From Escherichia coli (lineage in GTDB: Bacteria; Pseudomonadota; Gammaproteobacteria; Enterobacterales; Enterobacteriaceae): a DNA stretch of 64,000 nucleotides. The notes below the pieces were generated by a model that searched no databases, was not told the origin of the DNA, and saw nothing but the letters and a program-made list of their open reading frames with translations. Positions within the stretch are counted from its first letter, which is position 1, and each line of letters begins with the position of its first letter. The translations under genes were made by a program, and so were the position numbers. The stretch lies in assembly GCF_044647545.1 (NCBI RefSeq), contig NZ_CP172818.1; one strand, given 5' to 3'. Positions 35,014-47,761 of the stretch are shown here, piece after piece.

Positions 35014-36144
35014 GGGAACAACTTTCGGGCGCAAAAACATTGCCGGAAGCGCCACCAGCGCCATCACCCAGAACACGCCGTGGCCGAGATATTGATACAG
35101 GAAACCGGCGAAAACGGTCATGATGGCGATACTGCCGCCCATCGCGACGGCAGAGTAAACCGCCTGTAAACGGATGACTTCGCTACCCTGGCGAGCAGCA
35201 ATGTAGCGCATAGCGGCCAGATGGCACACGGTGAAGGTGCCGCAATGCAAAATTTGCACCATAATCAACCACAGTAGCTCAGTGGTTGCCCCCATAATTC
35301 CCCAACGCAATACCCCACATACTGCCGAGATCAGCAACATATCACGGGCGCTACAACGGCGGAAAAGCTTATTACTCAGCGCAAAGATAATGACTTCTGC
35401 CACCACGCCCAGCGACCACAAATAGCCCACCGCCGAGGCCGAGTAGCCAGCTGCCTGCCAGTAAATGGCGCTAAAACCGTAATAGGCCGCATGTGCCCCC
35501 TGCAATAAACAAACGCAGGCCAGAAAGCGCCAGTTCTGGCGAACCAACGCCAACCACGCAGACCAACCGGTGCTCTCCTGCTGGCGGCTTGCCCCTTGTG
35601 GCTGAATCGTCGGACGGATGAGAAAGCCGAGCAGCATGGATGCCACGCCCAACGTCAACAGCGCGAGGATCACCCGATAATCAAACATACTGACCAGTTT
35701 GCCCGTCAGCGCCGAGCCAATGACAAACGCTACCGAGCCCCACAGTCTCACTTTGCCGTAATCAAGCGGGAACTGCTTTTGCCACGTATTCGCCAGTGCA
35801 TCGGTCAACGGTACCAGCGGTGAGAAAAAGAGGTTAAAGCCAATCATCACCAGCATCAGCCACGCTACGTGCGCCCCCGCCCAGAAGGCGACAGCAAAGA
35901 GAAGTGTCAGCAGTGCCAGCACGCGCAAGGCGGAAATCAGGCGGGAAGGATCGCTGACGCGGGGCGCGATGAGCAAACTCCCGAGGAAACGGGCAACCAG
36001 ACCCGCCCCCAATAACAGGCCGATGGTTTCTGGCGTTAAACCAATACCTTTAAGCCAGACGCTCCAGAAAGGTAGAAAAATGCCGTAACTAAAAAAGTAT
36101 GTGAAATAACCGAGCGCCAACCAGCGCGTGGATTGCAAAACCAT
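35005..36144 (-). CDS. hcaT: MFS transporter HcaT (putative 3-phenylpropionate permease)
   Basis: 379 aa, MVLQSTRWLALGYFTYFFSYGIFLPFWSVWLKGIGL...; 12-TM MFS profile. Confidence 0.88.
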   Translation of the reverse strand: MVLQSTRWLALGYFTYFFSYGIFLPFWSVWLKGIGLTPETIGLLLGAGLVARFLGSLLIAPRVSDPSRLISALRVLALLTLLFAVAFWAGAHVAWLMLVMIGFNLFFSPLVPLTDALANTWQKQFPLDYGKVRLWGSVAFVIGSALTGKLVSMFDYRVILALLTLGVASMLLGFLIRPTIQPQGASRQQESTGWSAWLALVRQNWRFLACVCLLQGAHAAYYGFSAIYWQAAGYSASAVGYLWSLGVVAEVIIFALSNKLFRRCSARDMLLISAVCGVLRWGIMGATTELLWLIMVQILHCGTFTVCHLAAMRYIAARQGSEVIRLQAVYSAVAMGGSIAIMTVFAGFLYQYLGHGVFWVMALVALPAMFLRPKVVPSC

Positions 36145-36303
36145 GAGTCCCTCCCGTCAGGAGGCGTTAGTCTGGGGTTAATCGAATGTTGGTGCAAGTT
36201 GAAAAATAAGAATATTCGAGCCTGCTTCCTGATGTCTGTAACGCCAGTTCACAAGCACTAAAAAACTGCGAGCCGCGACGCATGTTGCAAAAATAATGCG
36301 TAA

Positions 36304-37194
36304 TTATGCCGTTACGCATGCCAAACGTTCCTGCACAATGGCGATGAAATCGCGTAATGCCGGCTTCATCTCCCCTTTCTTCCACGCCATCAGTAAAGCA
36401 ATGGCAGGCACATTTCCGGCAATGGGTCGAAATACCACCTGGCCGGTATTAAAATTATTCATATAACCGGGTATCAAAGTGACGCCCAGCCCCATCCCCA
36501 CCAGATTCATGGTCACCAGAATATTCGTTGCCACCTGGACGATATTTGGCTGGCTGTTTTCTTGCGCAAACCACGCTTTAACGATCGGCGCAAGCGAACC
36601 GGAATACGCTGGATCAGTACTGACGAAATTCACGCCATCCAGTTGCACGGCAGTGATCTCTTTTTCATGTGCTAAAGGGTGATCAACCGGTAACACCACC
36701 ACTAATGGTTCGTCAAAAAGCTCCAGATAATCAATCTCCGGGCTATAAACGGGATGGCGCATTAAGCCGACGTCGAGTTCACCACGGCGAATTTTTTCTT
36801 CCTGTTCCGTGGTGATTAAACTCACCAGCTCAATTAAGGTGTCTGGCTGTCTGAGACGAAACATCGGTAATACTTTTGGCAGTAAATTCACTTCCGCCGA
36901 TGGCACAAAGCCAATGGTTAATTGTCTGTCTTCCTGAACAATTTTCCGCGCCCGTAATTTGGCATTTTCCGCTTGTTCGAGGATTGCCAGCGCGTCCTGG
37001 AGAAAACATTCTCCCGCCGCCGTCAATGCGACTTTGCGCTTATCCCTCACCAGTAACGGAACACCGACACAGTTTTCAAGATCGCGGATCTGGCTGCTTA
37101 ACGAAGGCTGTGAGGTATGCAGTTTTTCCGCCGCACGGGTAAAGTTCAGTGCCTGCGCCACTGCGACGAAATAGCGTAAATGCCGTAGTTCCAT
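36304..37194 (-). CDS. hcaR: LysR-type transcriptional activator of the hca operon
   Basis: Track ORF 36304..37287 contains MELRHLRYFVAVAQALNFTRAAEKLHTSQPSLSSQIRDLE... after a 31-codon extension; 296 aa. Confidence 0.9.
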   Translation of the reverse strand: MELRHLRYFVAVAQALNFTRAAEKLHTSQPSLSSQIRDLENCVGVPLLVRDKRKVALTAAGECFLQDALAILEQAENAKLRARKIVQEDRQLTIGFVPSAEVNLLPKVLPMFRLRQPDTLIELVSLITTEQEEKIRRGELDVGLMRHPVYSPEIDYLELFDEPLVVVLPVDHPLAHEKEITAVQLDGVNFVSTDPAYSGSLAPIVKAWFAQENSQPNIVQVATNILVTMNLVGMGLGVTLIPGYMNNFNTGQVVFRPIAGNVPAIALLMAWKKGEMKPALRDFIAIVQERLACVTA

Positions 37195-37293
37195 CACCTT
37201 CCCCTTGTTATCGAAAAAACGTCTCAGCTGGTAGAAATTAACTATTTCACATATTAGCAGCCAACCAGCAACATCCTTATGGCACAAAAATAG

Positions 37294-39205
<1,912 letters not shown>

Positions 39206-39206
<1 letters not shown>

Positions 39207-39526
39207 TGAATCGAATTTATGCGTGTCCCGTTGCGGATGTGCCGGAGGGTGAGGCTCTCCGGATCGATACCTCGCCCGTCATCGCCCTGTTCAACGTAGG
39301 CGGCGAGTTTTATGCCATTAACGATCGTTGCAGCCATGGTAATGCGTCGATGTCAGAAGGGTATCTGGAAGATGACGCCACGGTGGAGTGCCCGCTGCAC
39401 GCCGCCAGTTTTTGCCTGAAAACGGGGAAAGCATTATGCCTGCCCGCCACCGATCCGCTAACCACTTATCCAGTACACGTTGAAGGTGGTGACATCTTCA
39501 TCGACTTACCGGAGGCGCAGCCATGA
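39206..39526 (+). CDS. hcaC: 3-phenylpropionate dioxygenase ferredoxin component (Rieske)
   Basis: 106 aa; [11 protein letters not shown]...CPLHAASF Rieske ligands; 1-nt overlap with the hcaF stop. Confidence 0.9.
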
Positions 39527-40335
39527 GCGATCTGCATAACGAGTCCATCTTTATTACCGGCGGCGGTTCGGGATTAGGCCTGGCGCTGGTCGAGCGATTT
39601 ATCGAAGAAGGCGCGCAGGTTGCCACGTTGGAACTGTCGGCGGCGAAAGTCGCCAGTCTGCGTCAGCGATTTGGTGAACATATTCTGGCGGTGGAAGGCA
39701 ACGTGACCTGTTATACCGATTATCAACGCGCGATCGATCAGATCCTGACTCGTTCTGGCAAACTGGATTGTTTTATCGGCAATGCGGGCATCTGGGATCA
39801 CAATGCCTCACTGGTTAATACTCCCGCAGAGACGCTCGAAACCGGCTTCCACGAGCTGTTTAACGTCAACGTACTCGGTTACCTGCTGGGCGCAAAAGCC
39901 TGCGCTCCGGCGTTAATCGCCAGTGAAGGCAGCATGATTTTCACACTGTCAAATGCCGCCTGGTATCCCGGCGGCGGTGGCCCGCTGTACACCGCCAGTA
40001 AACATGCCGCAACCGGACTTATTCGCCAACTGGCTTATGAACTGGCACCGAAAGTGCGGGTGAATGGCGTCGGCCCGTGTGGTATGGCCAGCGACCTGCG
40101 CGGCCCACAGGCGCTCGGGCAAAGTGAAACCTCGATAATGCAGTCTCTGACGCCGGAGAAAATTGCCGCCATATTACCGCTGCAATTTTTCCCGCAACCG
40201 GCGGATTTTACGGGTCCGTATGTGATGTTGGCATCGCGGCGCAATAATCGCGCATTAAGCGGTGTGATGATCAACGCTGATGCGGGTTTAGCGATTCGCG
40301 GCATTCGCCACGTAGCGGCTGGGCTGGATCTTTAA
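39523..40335 (+). CDS. hcaB: 2,3-dihydroxy-2,3-dihydrophenylpropionate dehydrogenase (SDR family)
   Basis: 270 aa; N-terminal ITGGGSGLG Rossmann motif; 4-nt overlap with hcaC. Confidence 0.9.
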   Translation: MSDLHNESIFITGGGSGLGLALVERFIEEGAQVATLELSAAKVASLRQRFGEHILAVEGNVTCYTDYQRAIDQILTRSGKLDCFIGNAGIWDHNASLVNTPAETLETGFHELFNVNVLGYLLGAKACAPALIASEGSMIFTLSNAAWYPGGGGPLYTASKHAATGLIRQLAYELAPKVRVNGVGPCGMASDLRGPQALGQSETSIMQSLTPEKIAAILPLQFFPQPADFTGPYVMLASRRNNRALSGVMINADAGLAIRGIRHVAAGLDL

Positions 40336-41547
<1,212 letters not shown>

Positions 41548-41643
41548 CCAGGATAATTAGCGAATATCTCAATGCCTGGGGCGTGGCGAGGTGCCAGAGT
41601 GTGTATTACGTTTAAATCACATTATCTTGCAAAGGGATTGGTT

Positions 41644-42066
41644 ATGAACACACTACGTTATTTTGATTTTGGAGCTGCCCGCCCCGTTTTGTTATTAATT
41701 GCCCGTATCGCCGTGGTCTTAATTTTCATTATTTTTGGTTTTCCCAAAATGATGGGCTTTGACGGTACGGTCCAATATATGGCCTCGCTGGGCGCGCCGA
41801 TGCCGATGCTGGCAGCTATTATTGCGGTAGTTATGGAAGTGCCCGCCGCGATATTAATCGTGCTTGGCTTTTTCACCCGTCCGCTGGCGGTGCTGTTTAT
41901 TTTCTACACGCTGGGTACAGCGGTAATTGGTCACCATTACTGGGATATGACCGGCGATGCGGTTGGGCCAAATATGATTAATTTCTGGAAGAATGTCAGT
42001 ATCGCTGGCGCATTCCTGCTGTTGGCAATTACCGGGCCGGGGGCGATTTCTCTCGATCGCCGTTAG
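41644..42066 (+). CDS. yphA: DoxX-family inner membrane protein
   Basis: Track ORF 41572..42066 contains [35 protein letters not shown]... after a 24-codon extension; 140 aa, multi-TM. Confidence 0.8.
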
Positions 42067-42070
42067 GAAA

Positions 42071-42105
42071 GATGCCGGATGTGGCGTGAACGCCTTATCC
42101 GGCAT
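42071..42105. repeat. REP element
   Basis: GATGCCGGATGTGGCGTGAACGCCTTATCCGGCAT between yphA and yphB. Confidence 0.6.
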
Positions 42106-42113
42106 TTTATAAA

Positions 42114-42986
42114 TTACAGCAACGCAACCCGCAACGACATCTCTGAAGTTGTTGATTCCCCTGGTGCAAGCGCAATGAGGTCACCACCTTCCGGGCGATG
42201 ATGGTCATCCGGCGCATGACTCATCGGTTCCAGACAGAAGAAATCAAACGCATATCCTTTATCAAACGCCGGGTCGGAAACAAAGATGAAATAACACGGT
42301 GCAGGCGGCGTCGTTTCCATGATGATGGCATAACCCTCCTGCGGCTGCTCGATGCGGGCCTGACCATTCCATCCGGCAAAACCATTGTTTACCCACTGGC
42401 GCGGCAACGGCGTGAGCTGGTTAAAATCCAGTTCCTGCGGTAGCTGCTCGCAAAACTCACCCGCCAGCCACTGCTCCCGCTCCAGCCAGTAACCGCTCGC
42501 CTGTGCCTGAATCCGCGTTTGCGGCGACAACGGAAAATAAGGATGCCAGCCGGTACCAAATGGCAGCGTCTCTGCCCCTTGATTGGTAACAGCGAGCGTC
42601 ACCGTCAGCGTATCCGCCGTTAAATGAAACGCCTGACTTACCCGATAGTGATAAACACCGCTGCGATGTTCATACACCAGACACAAGCTATCTTCGCTGC
42701 GCGAGACACATTGCCACTCGCCCAACCAGCCGTCGCCGTGCAGATAGTGCGCATCCCACTCAACATTCGGTTGCAGTTGATACTCACGCCCCTGCCAGAC
42801 AAAACGATTGCCGCTCACCCGGTTTGCAAACGGCACCAGCGGAAAACAAGAGGCATCGGTTGCCACACCGCTTTTTTTACCGGGACGTAAGAGCGGCGTC
42901 GCGTCACGCCAGAAGCCTTCGATGACGCCGCCCCGGTCAGAAACGTCCAGCTTTAGCGGCCCGTGAGATAAGGTATAGATGGTCAT
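42114..42986 (-). CDS. yphB: Aldose 1-epimerase (mutarotase) family protein
   Basis: 290 aa, MTIYTLSHGPLKLDVSDRGGVIEGFWRD... Confidence 0.85.
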   Translation of the reverse strand: MTIYTLSHGPLKLDVSDRGGVIEGFWRDATPLLRPGKKSGVATDASCFPLVPFANRVSGNRFVWQGREYQLQPNVEWDAHYLHGDGWLGEWQCVSRSEDSLCLVYEHRSGVYHYRVSQAFHLTADTLTVTLAVTNQGAETLPFGTGWHPYFPLSPQTRIQAQASGYWLEREQWLAGEFCEQLPQELDFNQLTPLPRQWVNNGFAGWNGQARIEQPQEGYAIIMETTPPAPCYFIFVSDPAFDKGYAFDFFCLEPMSHAPDDHHRPEGGDLIALAPGESTTSEMSLRVALL

Positions 42987-42997
42987 CCGCTGACTCC

Positions 42998-44059
42998 TTA
43001 ATCCGGGAAGTTAATCACAACTTTCCCGCATTTACCGCTCGCCATCAGCGCATAGGCATCTCCTGCCTGTTCCAGTGAGAAGCGATGGGTAATGGCATTA
43101 CGCGGCCACAGTTTCCAGTCCGTTAAATCGTGGGCGCATTTTTCCATATGGAACAGACTGGTCACCCAGGAGCCGATAATCCGCCGTTGATGGTGCATCA
43201 GGTCGGCGCTAACCTCGAACTCGACTTTTCCGGTTTCACCAATGTAAACCACGCGTCCCCAGTCAGCAGTGGATTGCAGTGCCAGCAAGCGACCTGCGGC
43301 ATTACCGGAACAATCGAGCGCAACATCCGCGCCACCGTGGGTGAGTTCGGCGATAATCTGAGGCAGACCTTCGGTGGTTGCTAAATAGCCGTGATCCATC
43401 ACCCCTAACTGTTTAGCCATCGCCAGACGTTCCGGCAGCATATCAACGCCGATGATCCGTTTTGCACCGCGACCTTTCGCCAGCATCATCGCCATCATGC
43501 CGACCGGCCCCAGACCGACCACCAGCACGTTATCACTGCCGGAAACTTCGCCGCGCAAAATCCCTTCATACGCTGTACCAACGCCGCAACTGATAAACGC
43601 ACCATCTTCATAGCTCAGCGCGTCCGGGAGCAGGATCAGATCTTTTTCTTCCGCCAGCAGGTATTCAGCATGGCCGCCGTCACGCTGCCAGCCGTAAGCC
43701 GCTTTTCCTTCGCCAGTACAAGAGATAGGAAAACCACGACGGCAGTTCGGGCAAAAACCACAGCCAGAAATGTGATACACCAGCACACGGTCGCCCTCTT
43801 TAAAATGGTGGCAGCCTAGCCCCATCGCCACAATTTGCCCGCACGGTTCATGACCGTTGATAAATCCCTGGTATAACGGTTTATCGGGTGCCGCCGCCGT
43901 AGCGCGGTGCTGGTGGTAGATATAGTGGACATCGCTTCCGCAAATTCCGGAGGATTTCATTTTGATCAGTACCTGGTTAATACCCGGCGTCGGCACCGCA
44001 ACTTCCCGCAGATCGACGGTCGAATTTCCTGGTAAATAAGCTGCCAGCATCGTTTTCAT
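42998..44059 (-). CDS. yphC: Zinc-dependent alcohol/sugar dehydrogenase (MDR family)
   Basis: Track ORF 42998..44092 contains MKTMLAAYLPGNSTVDLREVAVP... after an 11-codon extension; 353 aa; GHEPCG zinc motif and GLGPVG NAD motif. Confidence 0.85.
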   Translation of the reverse strand: MKTMLAAYLPGNSTVDLREVAVPTPGINQVLIKMKSSGICGSDVHYIYHQHRATAAAPDKPLYQGFINGHEPCGQIVAMGLGCHHFKEGDRVLVYHISGCGFCPNCRRGFPISCTGEGKAAYGWQRDGGHAEYLLAEEKDLILLPDALSYEDGAFISCGVGTAYEGILRGEVSGSDNVLVVGLGPVGMMAMMLAKGRGAKRIIGVDMLPERLAMAKQLGVMDHGYLATTEGLPQIIAELTHGGADVALDCSGNAAGRLLALQSTADWGRVVYIGETGKVEFEVSADLMHHQRRIIGSWVTSLFHMEKCAHDLTDWKLWPRNAITHRFSLEQAGDAYALMASGKCGKVVINFPD

Positions 44060-44124
44060 AAATCCCTCATTAACAATACGATTAATTTTCATCCCTGCCG
44101 CACCCGCGCCAGGGGCGTTTAGGT

Positions 44125-45123
44125 TTAGCGTTTCGCTTTACTGCTTCGCTGAGTCAGCAAGATATTCGCCAGCACCGCCACCACGATGATGACGCCGCGC
44201 ACCACCTGCTGGAAAAAGGAGTTAATCCCTAGCAGCACCAGACCGTTACCGATTAGCGTAATCACCAGTACGCCAAGCAGCGTACCGAACAACGAGCCGC
44301 GACCGCCGGAAAGCGCCGTACCGCCGACCACGACCGCGGCGATGACGTCAAACTCCAGACCGTTTGCGGCACCTGCGTTACCGGAACCGAGGCGCGCCGC
44401 CAACAAAATGCCGGTCACCGCCGCTAATAATCCCGAAAGGGTAAAAATAAGAATGCGTACCCGACGAACGTTAATACCGCACAACTGCGCTGCAGTGGCA
44501 TTACCGCCAACAGCAAAAACCGAGCGCCCGAAAGCGGTTTTGCGGCTAATGAACACAAACAGCGCAAATAACACCATCATGATCAGCGCGGATACCGGCA
44601 CACCGAGAAATTGTCCGCCCAGCCAGTCCAGCACTTCGTTTTCGTTAATTGGCACTGGCAAGGCGTTCGTCATAAACAGCCCCATTCCGCGCAGGGCGCT
44701 CCATAAACCCAGCGTGGCAACAAAACTTGGCACATTAAACACGCCGCGCAGCACCCCGGCGAGCGTTCCCATCAGCGCACCTAACAGCAACACCAGCAGA
44801 CAAGCAATCGCCAGCGGAACGTCAAATTGCAGCAAAAACGCCAGGCACACTGAAACAAAAGCCACCATCGGCCCAACGCTGACATCAATTTCACCGGAGA
44901 TAATAATCAGCGTCATCGCCCAGGCGGCGATCCCGATGGTGGCAGCATCGCGCAGCACGTTCATCTGGTTATTCAATGAGATAAAGCCAGGCGCGTTCAG
45001 GGAGAAGACCAGATAAAGAATGGCAATCACCACCAGCAAACCGATCTCATTAATATGGCGACTGACAAATTGTTTGAGCGAGACGCTCTTGCCCTGCGGC
45101 AATGGTAATGACGAAGCAGACAT
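44125..45123 (-). CDS. yphD: Sugar ABC transporter permease
   Basis: 332 aa, multi-TM; adjacent to yphE/yphF. Confidence 0.88.
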   Translation of the reverse strand: MSASSLPLPQGKSVSLKQFVSRHINEIGLLVVIAILYLVFSLNAPGFISLNNQMNVLRDAATIGIAAWAMTLIIISGEIDVSVGPMVAFVSVCLAFLLQFDVPLAIACLLVLLLGALMGTLAGVLRGVFNVPSFVATLGLWSALRGMGLFMTNALPVPINENEVLDWLGGQFLGVPVSALIMMVLFALFVFISRKTAFGRSVFAVGGNATAAQLCGINVRRVRILIFTLSGLLAAVTGILLAARLGSGNAGAANGLEFDVIAAVVVGGTALSGGRGSLFGTLLGVLVITLIGNGLVLLGINSFFQQVVRGVIIVVAVLANILLTQRSSKAKR

Positions 45124-45147
45124 CTTCAGGTTCCTCGGTAAAATTCA

Positions 45148-46659
45148 TCAGTGCACAGACAGAATGGCGGACATCAGCTCATCCACATTGACCGGCGAGT
45201 GAAACTCCTGCGAGAACGTACCGTGCTGTAATAACAGGATGCGGTCACACACCAGCGGCAACTCCTCCACTTCACTGGAGATAAACACCACGCTTTTTCC
45301 TTCGGCAGCCAGCTCGCGGACAATACGGTAAATCTGCTGTTTGGCTTCGATATCGACGCCACGCGTTGGCTCGTCGAGCAACAAAATCTGGCTGGCGGCA
45401 TAGACCCAACGACCGATCACCACTTTTTGCTGATTGCCGCCAGAAAGCGTGCCGATGGGCGTTTCGCTACTGGCGGCCTTGACCGTCATCCGCTGCATCA
45501 CCTCTTCGGTCAGGCGGCGGATGGTGGACCATTGCAGCACACCGTTGGCGCTGATTTTTTGCCGATTGGTCAGCACTGTATTTTCGTCAACGCCCAGCCA
45601 GGGAATGATCCCCGCTTCTTTGCGGTTTTCTGGCGTATAGCCAATGCCGCGTTTCAGCATGTCGTCGTAATCGGGGCGCGTGATTTTCTCGCCGTTGATA
45701 ACAATTTCGCCCTGTTCATACGTCTCCAGCCCAACTATGGCTTTCAACAATTCACTGCGCCCTGCCCCCAGCAGGCCAGCAATGCCGAGCACTTCGCCGC
45801 GACGTAGCGTAAAGCTGATATCCTCCAGCTTGGGCTTATGGCGTAACGCACGGACTTCCAGCACGGCTTGATCCATAATTTCCTGAGGGGCAACCGGCGC
45901 AATATCAACGTGATCGCGCCCGAGCATTAGCGACACAATATGATGCGTAGAGGTGTTTTCGAGCATCACATCGCCCGCTACCTGACCATCGCGCATAACG
46001 GTGGCACAGGAGGCAATGCGGCGAATTTCTTCCATCCGGTGGCTGACATAAATCACCGCCACGCCCAGTGCCGACATCTTTTTCACCGCGCTGATCACCA
46101 GTTCAACTTCCGCACTGGCAAGCGAGCTGGTGGGTTCATCAAGAATGACCACGCGCGGCTCGCCCTTCATCACCCGCGCAATTTCCACCAGTTGCTTTTG
46201 CGCCGGGCTTAGCGTTGAAACAAGTTGTTCAGGGCTAACGTCAACGCCCAACGCCTGCAAGCAACGTTGGGCGTCCTGCGCCATTTGCAGGTAATCAATC
46301 ATGCCGTTGCGGCGGGGCCACTGACCGAGGCAGAGGTTTTCCGCCACAGTCAGTCCCTCCACCAGACTTAACTCCTGATAAACCGCACGAACCCCCAGTT
46401 CAGCGGCACGGCGAGTCAGCGTAGCTTCGTCACCTTCCAGTCGCGTCTCGCCAATCCAGATATCACCGCTATCCGGACGTTCACTGCCGGTAAGCATTCG
46501 AATGAGGGTCGATTTGCCCGCGCCGTTTTTGCCTAACAGCGCACGAACTTCGCCTTTATTGAGCGTGAAGTTAACGTTATCCAACGCAACGACGCCGGGG
46601 TAACGCTTATTTCCTGCCACCACTTTTGCTACCGGGACTGCCTCTGTTGCCGTGAACAT
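45148..46659 (-). CDS. yphE: Sugar ABC transporter ATP-binding protein (tandem ABC domains)
   Basis: 503 aa; two Walker A motifs (GKNGAGKST and the second half) and LSGGNQQK signature. Confidence 0.9.
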   Translation of the reverse strand: MFTATEAVPVAKVVAGNKRYPGVVALDNVNFTLNKGEVRALLGKNGAGKSTLIRMLTGSERPDSGDIWIGETRLEGDEATLTRRAAELGVRAVYQELSLVEGLTVAENLCLGQWPRRNGMIDYLQMAQDAQRCLQALGVDVSPEQLVSTLSPAQKQLVEIARVMKGEPRVVILDEPTSSLASAEVELVISAVKKMSALGVAVIYVSHRMEEIRRIASCATVMRDGQVAGDVMLENTSTHHIVSLMLGRDHVDIAPVAPQEIMDQAVLEVRALRHKPKLEDISFTLRRGEVLGIAGLLGAGRSELLKAIVGLETYEQGEIVINGEKITRPDYDDMLKRGIGYTPENRKEAGIIPWLGVDENTVLTNRQKISANGVLQWSTIRRLTEEVMQRMTVKAASSETPIGTLSGGNQQKVVIGRWVYAASQILLLDEPTRGVDIEAKQQIYRIVRELAAEGKSVVFISSEVEELPLVCDRILLLQHGTFSQEFHSPVNVDELMSAILSVH

Positions 46660-46681
46660 AGGGACCTCTGCGAATCAGCGA

Positions 46682-47665
46682 TTAGGGCAGACCATCAACG
46701 TGCGTTGCCAGCCACTGTTTACCGTCTTCCGTTTTGGTATAGAGATCGATAGGCACCTGAATCACTTTTTCACCGTCGGCTTGTTTATTGATAACCTTCA
46801 AAGTTTGCGCGAAAACAGCATTGCCCATTTTCTTACCGGAAATATCCACCACCGCTTTCAACACCTGATTGTTTTCCAGCTCCTGAGCAATTTCAGTGGT
46901 CATATCCGAACCGAAAACAGCAATTTTTCCGGCCTGATTTTGATTACGTACCGCTTTTACCGCGCCGAGTGTCGCTCCGCCCGATTCCCCCATAATGGCG
47001 TTGAGATCCGGCGTGGAGATAATCAGTTTTTCACCAACGGAAATCGCTTTATCTAAAACAGTCCCTTCCTGATTAGCGACTATTTGCGCGCCGGGAACGC
47101 GGGATTTTAATACTTCTTCAAATCCTTTACGTCGCTGCACACAAACTTCAAAGGCTTCGCAATTGATGACGGCAATTTTCGGCTGGTCAATTTTGTTGGC
47201 AATAAAATAATCGGCGGCAGCATTACCCAGTTTTTTACCAAATTCCAGCGGATCGCCGACCAGATACGCCGAGACATATTTATCGACGCCTTTTTGATTA
47301 ATACAGGTGTTGTAGCAAATCACCGGAATACCCGCTTCACTGGCGCGACGAACGGTACGGCTACTGCCATTTTCAGACACTGCCGATAAAATAATGGCAT
47401 CGACATTACGCGCCACGAGGGTATCAACAAAGGTACTTTCTTTCGAAATATCACCCTGGGCGTTAGTTTCAATTAACTGTACCTGTACTGAAGAATCTTT
47501 TGCCGCATCCTGAACGCCCTGACGCACGCCAGCGTAATATCCCTGGGTATCAAGGTATATTGCGCCAATGGTCATTTCTTTATCCGCAGCCCTGGCAAAT
47601 AGTGCGCTACCTAATAGCGTAGCTATTAATAATAGATTACGGGTTATTCTCATTTTTTTAGGCAT
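46682..47665 (-). CDS. yphF: Periplasmic sugar-binding protein of ABC transporter
   Basis: 327 aa, MPKKMRITRNLLLIATLLGSALFARA (signal peptide) followed by a periplasmic-binding fold. Confidence 0.88.
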   Translation of the reverse strand: MPKKMRITRNLLLIATLLGSALFARAADKEMTIGAIYLDTQGYYAGVRQGVQDAAKDSSVQVQLIETNAQGDISKESTFVDTLVARNVDAIILSAVSENGSSRTVRRASEAGIPVICYNTCINQKGVDKYVSAYLVGDPLEFGKKLGNAAADYFIANKIDQPKIAVINCEAFEVCVQRRKGFEEVLKSRVPGAQIVANQEGTVLDKAISVGEKLIISTPDLNAIMGESGGATLGAVKAVRNQNQAGKIAVFGSDMTTEIAQELENNQVLKAVVDISGKKMGNAVFAQTLKVINKQADGEKVIQVPIDLYTKTEDGKQWLATHVDGLP

Positions 47666-47761
47666 AGTGCCTCCTGTAGGGTTTTTATTTACAACGGCTC
47701 ATTTTAATTATTTGAGCGTGAGCGGCAGCGCGTGCCGCTCAAATATTACAGTTAATAGGGT